DNA from: Eledone cirrhosa
Lineage: Eukaryota
Direction of reading: 5' to 3'
Assembly (NCBI GenBank): GCA_964016885.1
Contig: OZ024740.1
Coordinates: forward strand, 233,430,001-233,494,000
DNA length: 64,000 bases
The position numbers and the translations under genes were made by a program. Shown here in pieces: positions 61,125-64,000 of this stretch; positions within the stretch are counted from its first letter, which is position 1, and each line of letters opens with the position of its first letter. The notes under the pieces are model-generated. The model was given only the letters and a program-made list of their open reading frames with translations. It made no database searches and was not told the origin of the DNA.

Positions 61125-62530
61125 CAGATTAAAAGTTTAATATTATACACCGATAATAGCCCAACTCGTTTCAGCTGGATGGACTCTAGTGATGGCCACT
61201 TTTATATAGTCTGTGGATTTAGTCATGTGTCGGGAATGAGTCTCTTTTCAGTCATTTATAACCTGCAGATATTTTAACATTTATGTGTGATATACATCTT
61301 TCAAGGACCTTGTAGTTTATTTCGAATGAAGTTCCGTATTTCAAATGAAAGACGTAATTAAACAGGTCTGGTACATTCCTCTTTACTATGAACTGGAAGA
61401 AAAAAATGTTATTGAAGTATCTTTGTTTGAATCTACATCCCAACATACTTAGAGAGTATTTCTAATGCTGTTTATATTTGGTTTGATAGAAGAAACATCT
61501 ACCTCGTAAAAGATCGTTTTAGCTTCGCGTCACTGTGTAAGAAGTCATTTGTATTTCTGAATGTGCAGTTAGCGTAAATTATTCTTTCGATTATATGTTA
61601 ACTTTTGCATATTGGTGGTACGGCAATACGATTTAGATTATTCGTATCAAATAATTTCAAGCGTTGAGAATTAATGGGCAAATATTGATCTATTATGGCG
61701 AGAAAGTATTAAATTATTTTAGACTTAAGCCGAGCTTAACTTTGCCTTTCATCCTTACCGGGTCGATAAAATAAAGTATCAGTAATACACTGGGTAATTG
61801 CTGGCCTTGTGCCAAAGGTAGAAACAATTATTTTAGACTTAACATTTAAAGAGAATCGTCTGCTTTTGTTAGTTGGTTGCGATAGGTTAGGGATATATAT
61901 GACCATGTCACTGAATGTGCTGGCTTGCATTGCTTTATTTTAGTATACTTAATTATTTACTTACAATTTTACCAAGATCAAACAACCCTCTATTTCCCTC
62001 TTCGATTTTAGCCCATACTCTTCGTATCAGCATAATAAGATAGTCTTTGCCTATACAGAATCTGCCAAATATACGGTCAGTACTTATTGCGAATTCACTT
62101 TGTGATATATAATCATAACAAAATGCTAATTACCTCTTTAACCTTTATACTTTTCCCCCAGATTCGTTATCTCCTGATTTCAACTTTTTAACCTTGATAG
62201 TTTTCTCTACATATATCCCTTCTCTTAACTTCTATCAGTTTAATAAACATATACTCTCGTAAGCAGTCATAATTAAAAAAATTCTCAACCTTATTATTTT
62301 TAGCAATCCCAAGGGAAATAACTCAAAGCTAACAATAAATAAAATGAATATGTTAGTAACTAAGTATCTTACCATAACCCATTCCTGTCACATAAAACTG
62401 GAAGTTTCGACGACTATTTAAGAATAATTCGTATTAAGTTGCGAGGGTGTTCGTTTCAAGCAAATATGCTAACACCTTGTAAAGATACGTTTGTTCATCC
62501 GACGATTAGTCGAATATTACACCTGAATAC
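61125..62530 (-). pseudogene. Highly decayed Penelope-like element (GIY-YIG C-terminal part, possible RT remnants upstream)
   Basis: ORF 61252-61446 (FKQRYFNN..F...KRNVPDLFNYVFHLK..TSFEINYKVLER) resembles the Penelope GIY-YIG pattern FKxRyxNHxxSF...LSxYiWxLK...WKI. A hammerhead-like 3' half, CAGCT-GAAACGAGTT, lies downstream at ~61163-61183. Confidence 0.5.
61729..61825 (+). mobile_element. 5'-truncated SINE family A with 17-bp TSD
   Basis: AATTATTTTAGACTTAA at 61712-61728 and 61826-61842. Confidence 0.92.
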
Positions 62531-62533
62531 GAA

Positions 62534-62608
<75 letters not shown>

Positions 62609-63191
62609 GAATGTCTGGCTATAAACTATTGCCATAAACAAAATTACAGTAATACTTTACCCACTCTTTTCAAAGTATTTTCAACCAAAATCAGTAAATG
62701 GAAAATAGAGAAATTGTTATGATAATGTTGGGATGCAAAATGTGACAACGTGACAACATGGAGATGGAATTTGTGATAATATAAAGATAGAAAATGTGTT
62801 AATGTAGAGATGGTAGAGATGATAATATTGAAGTACTAAATGTAATAATGTGGAGATTGGAAATGAAATAAAATACCGATGCTAACTCAGATAATATAGG
62901 GAGAGTATATAGTGTGGGTATGGTAAATGTATAAATTTCATGGAGATAAAAGTAAATAGTATAATATATGGGTGATAGATGTGATATACTAAGAACTATA
63001 AAGACGCAACTATAGGCATGGAAAATAAGACGATATAGGAAAGGTAAATATGGTAATATCAAGATGGTAAACATGATAATACAGGAGTAGAAAGTTTCGT
63101 TATATAGGTTTGAGGAATGTGTTATTATAGAGCTGGGAAGTGTAGCACTAAAGGGATGACAAGTTTTACAGTATAGCATTAATAAATTGGC

Positions 63192-63703
63192 TAATATAGA
63201 TATAGAAAATAAGATAATATAGATATAGAAAATAAGATAATATAGATATAGAAAATAAGATAATATAGATATAGAAAATAAGATAATATAGATATAGAAA
63301 ATAAGATAATATAGATATAGAAAATAAGATAATATAGATATAGAAAATAAGATAATATAGATATAGAAAATAAGATAATATAGATATAGAAAATAAGATA
63401 ATATAGATATAGAAAATAAGATAATATAGATATAGAAAATAAGATAATATAGATATAGAAAATAAGATAATATAGATATAGAAAATAAGATAATATAGAT
63501 ATAGAAAATAAGATAATATAGATATAGAAAATAAGATAATATAGATATAGAAAATAAGATAATATAGATATAGAAAATAAGATAATATAGATATAGAAAA
63601 TAAGATAATATAGATATAGAAAATAAGATAATATAGATATAGAAAATAAGATAATATAGATATAGAAAATAAGATAATATAGATATAGAAAATAAGATAA
63701 TAT
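63192..63703. repeat. Minisatellite, ~22 identical copies of the 23-bp unit TAATATAGATATAGAAAATAAGA
   Basis: Seen directly; the 23-aa periodicity of the spurious ORF 62799-63836 confirms the 23-nt unit. Confidence 0.95.
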
Positions 63704-64000
63704 AAAGATAATAAATCAGATAATATAGATATTGTAAATGTGATAATATTGTGATAGTAAACGCTTCTATATGAATGGTAAATGAGATACTAAGGTCGCA
63801 AATGCTCCAGATATCGAGGGTTACAATACGGCACACCTAAGCTGTCCAACAAGTTTGATCTAGAGTGGGTTAAATGACATCACTGTTGAATTCATGAGTA
63901 ATTAGGGCCGATTTTAATATCCGTCTGTCGAGCATCATATGGTACATCAGATCATTATCGGGATGCATATGAGATATATCTTATGTTCTACAGATTTACT

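Noticed and set aside
62799-63836. 345-aa ORF, or a CRISPR-like array
   Set aside because: It is a translation of a 23-bp tandem repeat with no spacers, in a eukaryotic context with no cas genes.

Overview
AT-rich eukaryotic DNA with a very high microsatellite load. The SINE families and repeat landscape suggest an octopus or other cephalopod (inference, not tested). Only one host coding exon is supportable: a 2.4-kb low-complexity, probably first coding exon (14525-16961, GT donor) of an unidentified gene. The following ~47 kb look like intron. The rest is a decayed Tx1/L1-like LINE that lacks its endonuclease (~505-5316), about 25 copies or fragments of a tRNA-derived SINE (several with clear 11-18 bp TSDs), an RTE endonuclease fragment, four RTE-like non-autonomous elements, a Helitron remnant, a small Tc1/mariner MITE and a perfect 23-bp minisatellite. 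The most striking signal is unexplained by the ORF track. Short non-coding elements sitting in (TA)n tracts carry about 20 complete, partial or decayed type I hammerhead-ribozyme motifs from at least 7 unrelated families. Several have non-canonical cores: compensated U3-A8, a family-fixed U4A, U4C, a U.U pair at the base of stem II, and a ~105-nt stem II. Many are arranged as fold-back inverted duplications or perfect palindromes. This fits a diverse population of Penelope-like/retrozyme-type elements. All structures were read by eye; none was folded computationally or tested.
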